Numbered from the stretch's first letter, positions 7,320-16,527 are shown. The stretch: 64,000 nucleotides of DNA from Polyangia bacterium (GCA_036267635.1 DATAVR010000089.1:65034-129033); one strand, 5' to 3'. Notes: a model not told the origin generated them from the sequence alone. Translations and numbers: made by a program.

Positions 7320-9038
7320 ATGCGGCCGCGCGCGCGAAGACTCTCCTTGGTGGGGATCGGTTTGCCGATCGCCGTTCTCTCGATGACCTCGACCGGTTGC
7401 GGGTTCACCGCTCGCACCAATGGGGCGTCTTCGGGCACGGGCGCCAGCGCGGGCGCGCCCGGTGGGGGAACCGGCGGCTCGACCGGAACGGGAGGCGGCC
7501 TGGCTGGTTCGACCGGAACCGCGACGGCAACCGGCGTCGACGCGGGCCCGCCCCCGCCCGCGTTCGCCGACTTTCCCGCCACCCCCATCGTCGATCCCTC
7601 GGCGCCCTCCGCCGCTCAGGCGCTGTTCGACGGAAGCCCGCCCCGCGCCGACGGCGCCCCCTGCATCACCTCACCGATTCCCGGCACGCTGCTGCCGCGC
7701 AACTGGTTGCGGCCGCGCTTCGACCTCACGGCCGGCGGCGGCGAAAACCTGTACGAGATCGATCTGGCCGTCGCCGGCTTCGCGCACACGCTGCGCATCT
7801 TCACCGGCAACCCCAGCTACGCGCTCGACGCCGCGATCTGGAACGGCCTGCGGGGGTCGGTGACCGATCGGACCATCACGGTGACGATGCGGGCGCTGAC
7901 CGTCGACGCCACCGGCGCGGTCGCGCTCGCCCCCTCGGCGCCCGCGACGTCGAGCTTCGTCATCGCGCCGGTCGAGGCGCCCGGGAAGATCGTCTACTGG
8001 GCGCTGGCCGACGACATGGGGACCAAGGTCGGCTCGCTCAAGGGTTTTGGGATCGGCGACGAGTCGGTCGAGAACGTCCTCGTGCCGAGCCAGGTGCAGA
8101 CCCGCGCCTCGGACGACACCTGCATCGGCTGCCACGCCGCCACGCCGGACGGCAACTCGGTCGGGTTCACGATGGGGCCGCAGAACTATTTCAACCAGCT
8201 CGCCAACGTGACCGCCGGCGCGATCGGGACCTCCCCGTCCTACGCCACGGCGGCGGGGCTGGCCACGATGCAGACGCTGCACGGCATCCCGGCCTATTCG
8301 CGGGGGCACTGGAGCGACGGCGATCGCGTCGCTCTGCTGAGCGACACCGGGACGCTGCACTGGGTGGAGGTCGACGGAACGACGAGCGGAACGCTGGCCC
8401 GCACCGGCGACGCCAACAAGGCGACGGAGCCGACCTTCAGCCATGACGGCAACAACATCGTCTACGTCTCGGCCAACGCCATCACCGACGGTCGGTTGAA
8501 CACCGGTCCGGCCGATCTCTACGCCGTCCCCTACCAGAGCCGCGCCGGCGGAGCGGCCCTGCCGTTGCCGGGCGCGTCCGATCCGAGCTTCACCGAATAC
8601 TACCCGGCGTTCTCCCCCGACGATGCCTTCGTGGCGTTCACCCGCGTGCCGAACGCCGACTCCGCCTACAGCAACCCGGAGGCCGAGGTCTTCGTGTTGC
8701 CCTTCAACAACGGTAAGGGGGGGACCGCGGTTCGCCTGGCGGCCAACGACGCGGCCGCCTGCCAGACGTCACTGGCCAGCCCCGGGCTCACCAACGACTG
8801 GCCGAAGTGGTCCCCGCAGGCGGTGACCGCCAACGGCAAGACCTACTACTGGCTGACGTTCTCTTCGAAGCGCACCGGGTCGGCCAACGCGCAGCTCTAC
8901 GTCACCGGCGTGGTCGTCGACAGCGCGGGGAAGGTCACGACCTACCCGGCCCTCTATCTCTGGAATCAGCCGTCCAGCGACGGAAACCACACGCCGTCGT
9001 GGGACGACTTCGCGATTCCGTCGATCAGCATCGGCTGA
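7320..9038 (+). CDS. TolB-like beta-propeller lipoprotein with a CXXCH motif
   Basis: In-frame ATG 7320 gives MRPRARRLSLVGIGLPIAVLSMTSTGC. PD40-like repeats are present (TEPTFSHDGNNIVYVS, EYYPAFSPDDAFVAFTR, NDWPKWSP). CIGCH lies at DDTCIGCHAATPDGNS. Confidence 0.75.
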   Translation: MRPRARRLSLVGIGLPIAVLSMTSTGCGFTARTNGASSGTGASAGAPGGGTGGSTGTGGGLAGSTGTATATGVDAGPPPPAFADFPATPIVDPSAPSAAQALFDGSPPRADGAPCITSPIPGTLLPRNWLRPRFDLTAGGGENLYEIDLAVAGFAHTLRIFTGNPSYALDAAIWNGLRGSVTDRTITVTMRALTVDATGAVALAPSAPATSSFVIAPVEAPGKIVYWALADDMGTKVGSLKGFGIGDESVENVLVPSQVQTRASDDTCIGCHAATPDGNSVGFTMGPQNYFNQLANVTAGAIGTSPSYATAAGLATMQTLHGIPAYSRGHWSDGDRVALLSDTGTLHWVEVDGTTSGTLARTGDANKATEPTFSHDGNNIVYVSANAITDGRLNTGPADLYAVPYQSRAGGAALPLPGASDPSFTEYYPAFSPDDAFVAFTRVPNADSAYSNPEAEVFVLPFNNGKGGTAVRLAANDAAACQTSLASPGLTNDWPKWSPQAVTANGKTYYWLTFSSKRTGSANAQLYVTGVVVDSAGKVTTYPALYLWNQPSSDGNHTPSWDDFAIPSISIG

Positions 9039-9517
9039 CCGGCGGCGCTGCCGAGCCAGCGCGCCACCGTCGCACGGATCAGCCCTTCGGCCTTCGGCAG
9101 CGCGCCCATGACCGCGGCGGAGAGCCCCATCCGGTCGCCGACGAAGTGGGGCTCGCACCCGACCAGCAGGATGGGCGGAGACTTGCCCCCCAGCGTCCAG
9201 ACGGCCGTCACCACCGTGTCGATGCCGATCCCGTAGCCCGGCAGCGTCGCACCCGGCGTCGCCCCCGCCAGCTCGCTGATGTCCATCAGGTAGACCGTGC
9301 CGGGCGGCTCTCCGCGGCGGACGGCGTCGATCACCAGCAGCAGGTCGGGCCGATCGAGCAGGGCGTAAGCGAGGTGCAGCGGACGGGCGCCCACCTCGGA
9401 GACGGTGACCCCTTCGGGAGCAGACTCGCGCGCGAGCCGCCGCGCCAGCTCGACGCCGAAGCCGCCGTCGCCGAGAAGGGCATTGCCGATTCCGGCGATC
9501 AAGATCCGCACGCTCAC
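8966..9517 (-). CDS. Hydrogenase maturation endopeptidase homolog (HybD/HycI family), probably degenerate
   Basis: VSVRILIAGIGNALLGDGGFGV...LLLVIDAV...LPGYGIGIDTVVTAV aligns by eye to HybD GVGNILLTDEAIGV...IIADAI...SPHQLGLADVLSAL. The start GTG overlaps the upstream stop (GTGA). Confidence 0.75.
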   Translation of the reverse strand: MSVRILIAGIGNALLGDGGFGVELARRLARESAPEGVTVSEVGARPLHLAYALLDRPDLLLVIDAVRRGEPPGTVYLMDISELAGATPGATLPGYGIGIDTVVTAVWTLGGKSPPILLVGCEPHFVGDRMGLSAAVMGALPKAEGLIRATVARWLGSAAGQPMLIDGIAKSSHDGVWFPSLDG

Positions 9518-10251
9518 GCCGCACCCAACCCTTGCGCCGCGATCCGGGGGTGATCCCCGAGGAGGAGCGGCGCCGACATCAAGAGATCGTCGCGATCGGG
9601 CTCGCCGGCCAGCACGGGATAGGTCCCGACGTTCCGGCAGCCGGCGGCGGCCGCCGCTGCCCAGGCGGGTGGGTCGACGAGCGAGACGAACGCGCCGCCC
9701 GACAGGCCGAGCAGGAGGTGTGCGCCGAGCAGCGATCCCCGCAGGGCCCGCTCCCGGCTCTCGCCCGGCTGCACCCAGGCGGTGACGTTCTCCACGCGCG
9801 CCCGCAACCGCACGATGGGCCGGGGAGCGTCGGTGATCGGCTCGATCGCCAGCTTCACCACCCCGAAGATCGGCCATTTCTGATGAGCGAACGCCCCGGC
9901 CTCCTCCGTGCCGCCGGTGAGCCGAAAGGAAACGATCTGTTCGTCGCCGGCGGCCAGCGCCGCCAGCGTGAAGTCGACGTCAATCTCCTTCCGCTCGCCC
10001 TCGTCTTCGCTGGGGGCCTGCAGATAGCCGTTGGCCTGAAGGTGGCGAAGCTGGAGAAATCGCAGCTTTCCCTCGAGGTGCGCCCTCGGATCCTGCGGCG
10101 CGACGAGGCACTGCGTCTCTTGCCACCAGGGATCGCCGCCGCCTGCGTCGCTCCACGCCCGGGGCGCCAGCACGCCGAGTTGCCGGCGGAGCTGCGCCTC
10201 GCCGTCGTGCAGCACGGCGTCCGCCACCGCGCAGGCGTCGCCGAACCTCAC
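9514..10251 (-). CDS. Hypothetical protein (245 aa) between hypA and the endopeptidase homolog
   Basis: GTG 10251 is preceded by GGGGAG. High GC3. The stop overlaps the next start. I recognise no motif. Confidence 0.55.
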   Translation of the reverse strand: MRFGDACAVADAVLHDGEAQLRRQLGVLAPRAWSDAGGGDPWWQETQCLVAPQDPRAHLEGKLRFLQLRHLQANGYLQAPSEDEGERKEIDVDFTLAALAAGDEQIVSFRLTGGTEEAGAFAHQKWPIFGVVKLAIEPITDAPRPIVRLRARVENVTAWVQPGESRERALRGSLLGAHLLLGLSGGAFVSLVDPPAWAAAAAAGCRNVGTYPVLAGEPDRDDLLMSAPLLLGDHPRIAAQGLGAA

Positions 10252-10285
10252 GCGCCGGCTCCCCGCCGGAGAGTGGCCAGCGCTC

Positions 10286-10616
10286 TCAATGGACCTCCGC
10301 CAGGTGCACGGACAGCTCCTTGCCGCCGAGGACGTCGATCTCGCCGCTGCCGCAACGACAGGGATCGACGGACGTCTCCATGCGGACGTCGGCCCCGCAG
10401 CACCGACAGCGGCCGTGCCCGAGCACCTCGTCGATCTCCAGCCGCGCACCGTCGAGCGCCGTTCCCCGCGCGCACAAGCCGAAGCAGAACCGGATCGTCT
10501 CCGGGAGGACCCCCGGCCAGCCGTCCTATCTGGAGGCGGACACAGGTGACGCGCGCGGGTTGAACCTGCTTGCCCAGGGCGGCGACCACACTGTCCATGA
10601 TTGCCAGCTCGTGCAC
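10286..10616 (-). pseudogene. hypA: hypA (hydrogenase nickel-insertion protein) interrupted by a +1 frameshift in a G5/C5 run at 10510-10514
   Basis: The N-terminal part MHELAIMDSVVAALGKQVQPARVTCVRLQIGRLAG is in one frame. The C-terminal part (V)LPETIRFCFGLCARGTALDGARLEIDEVLGHGRCRCCGADV...CRCGSGEIDVLGGKELSVHLAEVH is in another. Deleting one G restores a ~109-aa HypA with both CxxC pairs. Confidence 0.8.
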
Positions 10617-10846
10617 CGCGACGAACGTACGACGTTGCGACGGACCGTCAATTCGTCCGGCGTGCTTTGGGGATCTGCCCTAGTTGGCGCCGGCGCGTTC
10701 CGGACCCACGCGCGCGCTGGTAAGCTGAGCTCGGCGGAGGTTCGCGTTCCTCTACCGCGACGCCAGCCCGACCGCGCAGGCGTACTGGACCGGCGTCCTC
10801 GCCAACGGTGAGGCGCAGGCGATTCCGCTCAATCGCACAACATGAA

Positions 10847-11317
10847 CTAGCCGCTCCCGGCGGCGCAGCTCGTCCGGGGCGCCACGTGGATCCAGGTGGC
10901 GCGTTCGATCGGGAGCTTGGCGAGTGGGACGTGGACTGCCGGTGGGGCGACGTCGCCCGCGGGGATCGCGACCTCGCGGCGCTCGAGGACCAGCGTGCGC
11001 GGCGAGGGGCGCGTCCAGCCGAGGACGTAGTGGACGTCGAGGTGCGGATCGCTGCAGGTGAGCGAAGGGAGCCCACCGACAACGGCGACCTCGGTCTCGC
11101 AGCCACCGGGAAAATGGGTGACCGCCAGCCGGCGCGGCGCGGGGGCGAGATCGGTGGCCACGTTCGCGGCGACGTCGACGCCGCCGTCGTCGAGGTCGCG
11201 ACCGTCCGGCGTGCGGGTCACGGGGCAGGCGCCGAACGAGAGCACGACGGCCAGCGGCCGGTGCGCGCACGCGGCGGGGAGAAGAACGAGCGCGGCGGCG
11301 AGGAGGGTCGGACGCAC
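10847..11317 (-). CDS. Hypothetical lipoprotein
   Basis: GTG 11317 gives VRPTLLAAALVLLPAAC. This is the C-terminal portion of a 380-aa track ORF whose upstream part is antisense to the asparaginase gene. Confidence 0.45.
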   Translation of the reverse strand: MRPTLLAAALVLLPAACAHRPLAVVLSFGACPVTRTPDGRDLDDGGVDVAANVATDLAPAPRRLAVTHFPGGCETEVAVVGGLPSLTCSDPHLDVHYVLGWTRPSPRTLVLERREVAIPAGDVAPPAVHVPLAKLPIERATWIHVAPRTSCAAGSG

Positions 11318-11384
11318 GGCCGCGCATGCTACCCGAGCCGACGCCGGCACCGAAGTCGGCCCAGGGTATGCTCGCCGTCTGTCG

Positions 11385-12308
11385 ATGCAACCTTCCCTCA
11401 TCGTGCATGGCGGCGCTGGCGATTGGTCACCCGCGGACGACGACGGCGACGCGGTCGTGGCCGGCTGCCGCGCCGCCGCGCGGGCCGGTTTTGCGATCCT
11501 GCGCGGCGGCGGTTCCGTGCTCGACGCGGTGACGGCGGCCGTTTCCGTCCTGGAGGATGATCCGCTGTTCAACGCGGGGACTGGTTCGGCGCTCACCGCC
11601 GACGGCGAGGTCGAATGCGACGCTTCGCTGATGTGCGGCGACGGGCGCGCGGGCGCCGTCGGCGCGCTCCGCGACGTGAAGAACCCGATTCGCTTGGCGC
11701 GCCTGGTGATGGAACAGACGCCCCACGTCCTGCTGGTCGGCGCGGGGGCCCGAGCGTTCGCCGCCGAGCAGGGGATCGAGGCGCTCCCGCCGGGCGTGCT
11801 CGTCACCGCGCGCATGCGCGCCAAATGGCAGGCGGCGCTCGCGCACCGCGCCGGATCGCTTTCGGGCGGCACGGTCGGGTGCGTGGCCCGCGACGCTGCC
11901 GGCAGGCTGGCGGCCGCGACGTCGACTGGTGGGATGATGCTCAAGCGGAGCGGTCGGCTGGGGGACTCGGCGGTGATCGGCGCCGGCACCTACGCCGACG
12001 ACGCGGCGGGTGCGGTGTCGGGCACCGGAATCGGCGAGGCGTTCATCAAGGCCGCGGCCGCCAAGCAGACCGTCGAGGCGATGCGCGGCGGGCGATCGCC
12101 GTCGGACGCCGCGCGCGAGATCTTGCCGATGGTCCGCCGCTACGGCGGCGACGGTGGCCTCATCTGCGTCGACGCCGCCGGTCGGATCGGGCTGGCGTTC
12201 GACGCGCCCCGCATGGCCCACGCCTGGATCGACGCCGCCGGGCAGGAGGGGAGCGGTTTCCGCGGCCGGCAGGGTCGGGTCCCGGCGACGACTGATCCCG
12301 TCGTTTGA
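11385..12308 (+). CDS. iaaA: Isoaspartyl peptidase / L-asparaginase (Ntn hydrolase)
   Basis: MQPSLIVHGGAG..., LEDDPLFNAGTGS and the autocleavage site GTVGCVARD. I use the in-frame ATG at 11385. Confidence 0.9.
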   Translation: MQPSLIVHGGAGDWSPADDDGDAVVAGCRAAARAGFAILRGGGSVLDAVTAAVSVLEDDPLFNAGTGSALTADGEVECDASLMCGDGRAGAVGALRDVKNPIRLARLVMEQTPHVLLVGAGARAFAAEQGIEALPPGVLVTARMRAKWQAALAHRAGSLSGGTVGCVARDAAGRLAAATSTGGMMLKRSGRLGDSAVIGAGTYADDAAGAVSGTGIGEAFIKAAAAKQTVEAMRGGRSPSDAAREILPMVRRYGGDGGLICVDAAGRIGLAFDAPRMAHAWIDAAGQEGSGFRGRQGRVPATTDPVV

Positions 12309-12331
12309 TCCCGTCGTTTGATCCCGTCGTT
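12294..12331. repeat. 13-bp tandem repeat GATCCCGTCGTTT x2.9 spanning the iaaA stop codon
   Basis: Read directly. The TGA stop (12306-12308) is formed at the junction of units 1 and 2. Confidence 0.9.
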
Positions 12332-12365
12332 GCGTCGGCGACCGCGCTGCAATAGATAAGCATCG

Positions 12366-12758
12366 ATGGACGCCGCCTCGGTCCAACGTCATCGCCAGCG
12401 GCTGCTGGCGCTCAAGGCCGAGATCCTGGCCGCCGACGACATCGAGCCTGAGTCGGCGCGGCAGGAGGCGTCGACCGTCGGCAGCGACGAGGACACGCAG
12501 CCCCTGGCTGAGATGTCGCAATCGATCGCCTCGTCGCGTAACAGGAACCGGGCCGGCGTGCTGGCGCAGGTGCTGGCGGCGCTCGCTCGCCTCGACGACG
12601 ATCCGACGACGTTCGGTCTCTGTGTCGAGTGCGAGGAGCCGATCGCCGCCAAGCGAATCGAGCTGATGCCCTACGCCGAGCTCTGCGTCGAGTGTCAGCA
12701 GGCGAAGGACGGTCCGCGCAAACAGGGCGGCCGGCGCCACCTGAGGGACTTCCAGTAG
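12366..12758 (+). CDS. DksA/TraR-family C4 zinc-finger regulator
   Basis: CVECEEPIAAKRIELMPYAELCVECQ zinc finger preceded by a coiled-coil region. Confidence 0.85.
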   Translation: MDAASVQRHRQRLLALKAEILAADDIEPESARQEASTVGSDEDTQPLAEMSQSIASSRNRNRAGVLAQVLAALARLDDDPTTFGLCVECEEPIAAKRIELMPYAELCVECQQAKDGPRKQGGRRHLRDFQ

Positions 12759-12956
12759 TAGGTCGAGGTAGGTGTTTGGCGCCGCGCGCGCAGGTCAACG
12801 TACGTGCACGTAGGCGACCCGCGCAAACAATCGAGAAAACGGCTTCATCGAGGGCATTTCTCGTCGGAACGGGAATTGACCTCTACCATGTTCGGCGATA
12901 GCGTTAATGGCGCTTACCGGCCTCTCTGCCCCAGTTTGTCCCCCCCAGGAGGTCTG

Positions 12957-14831
12957 ATGTTTCGGTACTCCCTAGTTGCGCTCGCCTCCGCCGCGGTCGT
13001 CTTCGCGGGCGGTTGCGCCGGTCGTGGTCAAGACGGCCTTTCGGGAACGGGAGCTGGAACGGGGACGGGGAACGGCGGGGCCAGCGGCGGTGGGAGCACC
13101 AGCGGCGGCAGCCCGAGCGGCAGCGGCAGCAGCGGCGGCGGCAGCCCGAGCGGCAGCGGCAGCGCGACCGGCGGCGGCGTCGACGGAGGCGCGTCGTCGA
13201 CCGGGACCGGCGGCCTGAACGCCGTCGACGGCGGTGTTCAGTTTCTGCCGAGCGCGCTGGCCCCGGCCGATCCGTGCACCAGCAACGCTTCCGGTCCGCG
13301 CAAGCTTTGGCGCCTCTCCGCACCGGAGTTCGCCGCCAGCATCCACACCATCTTCAACGACACCGCGAACGCCGCGCCCGTGGCGACGGTCTTCAGCGAT
13401 CCGACCGTGCTGGGGTTCTCCGTCGACGCCAACGGTCTCCTGGTCCAGGACCTCAACGCCTCTCAGCTGGAGGACAACGCCGAGGCGATCGCCGCCTGGG
13501 CCGCCTCGGCCGGCAAGCTGTCCCAGTTCGCGACCTGCGCGGCGACCTCGACCGGCGCGCCGGCCTCGACCTGCGCCACGTCGTTCATTCAGGCGTTCGG
13601 CCGGGTCGCGTTCCGGACCACGCTCGCCTCCAGCGACGCCCGCATCGCCAGCTACAGCAAGCTGTTCATGGCCGGCAGCTCGAACTCGGACGGGGCCGAG
13701 GCGGTCATCTCGGCGATGCTGCAGTCGCCGTATTTCCTCTATCGCAGCGAGCTCGGCACGCAGAGCGGGGGCACCTTCAATCTGACGGCCTACGAGGTCG
13801 GCACCGAGCTCTCCTACACGCTGACCGGGACCGGCCCCGACAGCGCGCTCCTCACCGCGATGGACTCGGTCAACTCGGGCAGCCTGTCGATGTCGTCGAT
13901 GATTGACCAGCAGGCGATGCGGCTCTTGGCCACGACCGCGGCCAGCAACTCCACCGCCGTGATGGGGTTCATGAACGGCTGGCTCGGGCTGCCGCGCCTC
14001 TTCACCACCGCCAAGGACGCCACCGTCTACGCGATGTCGGCCACCACGCAGAGCGAGATGCAGACGGAGTCGCAGGATCTCATCATGGAGGCGTTCAACG
14101 GCAGCGGGACCTTCGCCTCCGTGTTGACCGCCGACCACTCCTTCTTGAACAAGGACCTGGCGACCTTCTACGGGTTGCCCACGACCGGCCTCGGGACGTC
14201 GTTCACCAGCGTCAAGTACGCGGGGCTCACCCGCGATTCGGGCCTGCTGGCGACGGGGACGATCCTGAACGGCTACGCCCGCCCCAACACCGATTCGCCG
14301 ACCCAGCGCGGTCACATGGTCCGCTCGCGCATGCTCTGTCAGGACATCTCGCCGCCGCCGCCGGGGCTGAACACGACGTTCGTGCCGTCGACGACGCCGG
14401 AGACCACCCGCGACCAGTTCACCATGCAGCACGAGCAGGGGGTCTGCGGCAGCTGCCACAAGCTGATGGACTGGATAGGGTTCGCGTTCGAGAACTACGA
14501 CGGCTGGGGGCGCTACCGCACGACCGACAACGGCTTCCCCACCGACGATACGGCGACCATCTACAACGATCCCGAGGGGAACGACGACAACGTGACCGGC
14601 CTGTCGGGCGCGGGGAGCCTGTCGGCCTACCTGGCCGCCAGCGCCGACGTGACCCACTGCATGGAACGGTATTGGACCTACTACGCGTACGGGTCGAGCT
14701 CCTGGGGTCAGGACGGCTGCACCTACGACGCGGTCTACAACGAGTCGCAGAGCAATGGGCTCGGGCTCAAGAGTGTGCTCATGGCGATCATCCACGCACC
14801 AAACTTCACGACCCGCGTGCAAGATCAATAA
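12957..14831 (+). CDS. DUF1587/DUF1592/DUF1595/DUF1588/DUF1585 multi-domain lipoprotein
   Basis: AGGAGG RBS, then ATG 12957, giving MFRYSLVALASAAVVFAGGC. Family blocks: LWRLSAPEF, MLQSPYFLYRSE, LTADHSFLNKDLATFYGLP and CGSCHKLMDWIGFAFENYD (CXXCH). Confidence 0.85.
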   Translation: MFRYSLVALASAAVVFAGGCAGRGQDGLSGTGAGTGTGNGGASGGGSTSGGSPSGSGSSGGGSPSGSGSATGGGVDGGASSTGTGGLNAVDGGVQFLPSALAPADPCTSNASGPRKLWRLSAPEFAASIHTIFNDTANAAPVATVFSDPTVLGFSVDANGLLVQDLNASQLEDNAEAIAAWAASAGKLSQFATCAATSTGAPASTCATSFIQAFGRVAFRTTLASSDARIASYSKLFMAGSSNSDGAEAVISAMLQSPYFLYRSELGTQSGGTFNLTAYEVGTELSYTLTGTGPDSALLTAMDSVNSGSLSMSSMIDQQAMRLLATTAASNSTAVMGFMNGWLGLPRLFTTAKDATVYAMSATTQSEMQTESQDLIMEAFNGSGTFASVLTADHSFLNKDLATFYGLPTTGLGTSFTSVKYAGLTRDSGLLATGTILNGYARPNTDSPTQRGHMVRSRMLCQDISPPPPGLNTTFVPSTTPETTRDQFTMQHEQGVCGSCHKLMDWIGFAFENYDGWGRYRTTDNGFPTDDTATIYNDPEGNDDNVTGLSGAGSLSAYLAASADVTHCMERYWTYYAYGSSSWGQDGCTYDAVYNESQSNGLGLKSVLMAIIHAPNFTTRVQDQ

Positions 14832-14857
14832 CGGGACCAGTAAAGGAACGACCAGAC

Positions 14858-16204
14858 ATGCCTAGCCGCAGACAGTTCGTGGGCAGCGTCGGCGCCGGTC
14901 TCTTGCTGGCGCCGTTCATCAACATGGGCCTCGCGCGCAAGGCGCGGGCCGGGACGAATCAGTCCAAGCGCCTGCTGATCTTCGCCACCATGGGGACCTA
15001 CCCGCCGCTCTGGACGCCGACGGTGTCGGGCGAGACGATCTCCGCCTGGAGCGCGATGACCCAGCCCTTGTCGGCGGTGGCCAACAACGTGGTCCTGGTC
15101 GAAGGGATGCCGAGCGGCAACGTCAATGACGCCCACGGCAGCTCCGACAGCCTCACCGGCCAGGGGTTCGGCTACTACGCCGTCAACAACGTGCCGGTCG
15201 TCAAGCTCTCGGTCGACCAGTTCGTGGCCAACAACCTCGTCGCCGCGGGGATCAAGCGACCGATCGCCTCGCTGCTGCTCGGCGCCAACTGCAACGAGAA
15301 CGGCGGCCTGTCACAGTTCTACGGCGGCTCCAACGGCGGGAACCTCCCCACCATCGGCTCGCCGCTCTCGGCCTTCAACACCGTGTTCGGCACGGCGCTC
15401 CCGACCGGGACCTCGGCCTCGGCGCTGCTCGCCCGCCGGCAGAGCATCCTCAGCACCATCTCGGGCGAGATCACCAGCCTCGAGAGCACGCTTGGCAGCA
15501 ACGAGAAGGCGAAGCTCGACGCCCACCTCAGCTCGATCCAGCAGCTCGAGAACAAGCTGACCGCCAGCATGTCGTCGGGGGGCGTCTGCAAGAAGCCGGC
15601 GACGCCGGGCGCCGACAGCACCTTCCAGTACATGGGCGACATGGACGCGCTGGCGGCGAACCTGATCCACCAGCAGATCATCGTGAACGCCTTCGCCTGC
15701 GACATCACGCGGGTCGCCTGTCTCGAGTACGGCAACGATCAGAAGCTGATGGTCAACGCGCCCGCGAGCTTCAGCCTGGCGTACGACGATCAGCACGGCG
15801 GCTACATCCACAGCGGCGCCTCCTCGAACTACGCCAACCTGGTGAAGTTCGAGGCCTACCTGGCGACCCAGTTCGTCAGCCTCATCAATGCCATGAAGGC
15901 GATCCAGGACCCGCTCGACGCCACCGGACAGTCGACGCTGTTCGACAACACGCTCATGATCTGGGCGCGCGACATGGGTGACGCGCAGAACCACAATCAG
16001 CAGTCGATGCGCTTCGTCCTCGCCAGCGGCAACAACGGCTACCTCAAGACCGCCACCGGGGGCCGCTACGTCAAATCGACCGAGCGGCACGAGCGCATCC
16101 TGCTCAACGTCTGCGACGCGTTCGGGATCAGCAACTTCACCGGCTTCGGCGACCCGGGCCTCACCGGCGCGAGCAAGGCGCCGCTGCCAGGCATCGCAGC
16201 TTGA
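14858..16204 (+). CDS. DUF1552-family protein with a Tat-like signal
   Basis: MPSRRQFVGSVGAGLLLAPF. Begins 26 nt after the DUF1592 gene, which is the usual pairing. Confidence 0.85.
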   Translation: MPSRRQFVGSVGAGLLLAPFINMGLARKARAGTNQSKRLLIFATMGTYPPLWTPTVSGETISAWSAMTQPLSAVANNVVLVEGMPSGNVNDAHGSSDSLTGQGFGYYAVNNVPVVKLSVDQFVANNLVAAGIKRPIASLLLGANCNENGGLSQFYGGSNGGNLPTIGSPLSAFNTVFGTALPTGTSASALLARRQSILSTISGEITSLESTLGSNEKAKLDAHLSSIQQLENKLTASMSSGGVCKKPATPGADSTFQYMGDMDALAANLIHQQIIVNAFACDITRVACLEYGNDQKLMVNAPASFSLAYDDQHGGYIHSGASSNYANLVKFEAYLATQFVSLINAMKAIQDPLDATGQSTLFDNTLMIWARDMGDAQNHNQQSMRFVLASGNNGYLKTATGGRYVKSTERHERILLNVCDAFGISNFTGFGDPGLTGASKAPLPGIAA

Positions 16205-16431
16205 CCTGAGCTTGGTCGCGCGCCCGAGCAGAACTTGCCGAAGTAGGCGCTGCCGGCCATCTCCTGCTCCTCGCGGATGACGACCGCCTGGGCGCAGCTC
16301 GACCCATCATCGCCGCCGCAGCGCATCTGCTGCGAGTCCCAATTCGCCGGCGGTGCCGCGGGTCCCGACGAGGTGGCCGACGTCGCGCATCCCGCGCCGA
16401 TCACCACCGCGAGCACCTCAATCGCGCGCAT
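16066..16431 (-). CDS. Possible small Cys-containing lipoprotein
   Basis: MRAIEVLAVVIGAGC lipobox. GC3 is high only for the first ~75 codons. The open frame then runs 139 nt into the 3' end of the DUF1552 gene, so the true end is uncertain. Confidence 0.35.
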   Translation of the reverse strand: MRAIEVLAVVIGAGCATSATSSGPAAPPANWDSQQMRCGGDDGSSCAQAVVIREEQEMAGSAYFGKFCSGARPSSGQAAMPGSGALLAPVRPGSPKPVKLLIPNASQTLSRMRSCRSVDLT

Positions 16432-16527
16432 CGACGGCAGTTTACTCTCACCCGCGCGCTTGAAATCTGAGCCGTGGCGGCCCCCCGGTGGCACCGAAAG
16501 GACGTGAATGCACGACTGGCTTGGCGA

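Noticed and set aside
8966-10616. A functional [NiFe] hydrogenase maturation operon.
   Set aside because: There are no large or small subunit genes and no hypB-F genes in the window. hypA is frameshifted and the protease homolog seems to lack ligands. It is reported as an orphan/degenerate cluster instead.
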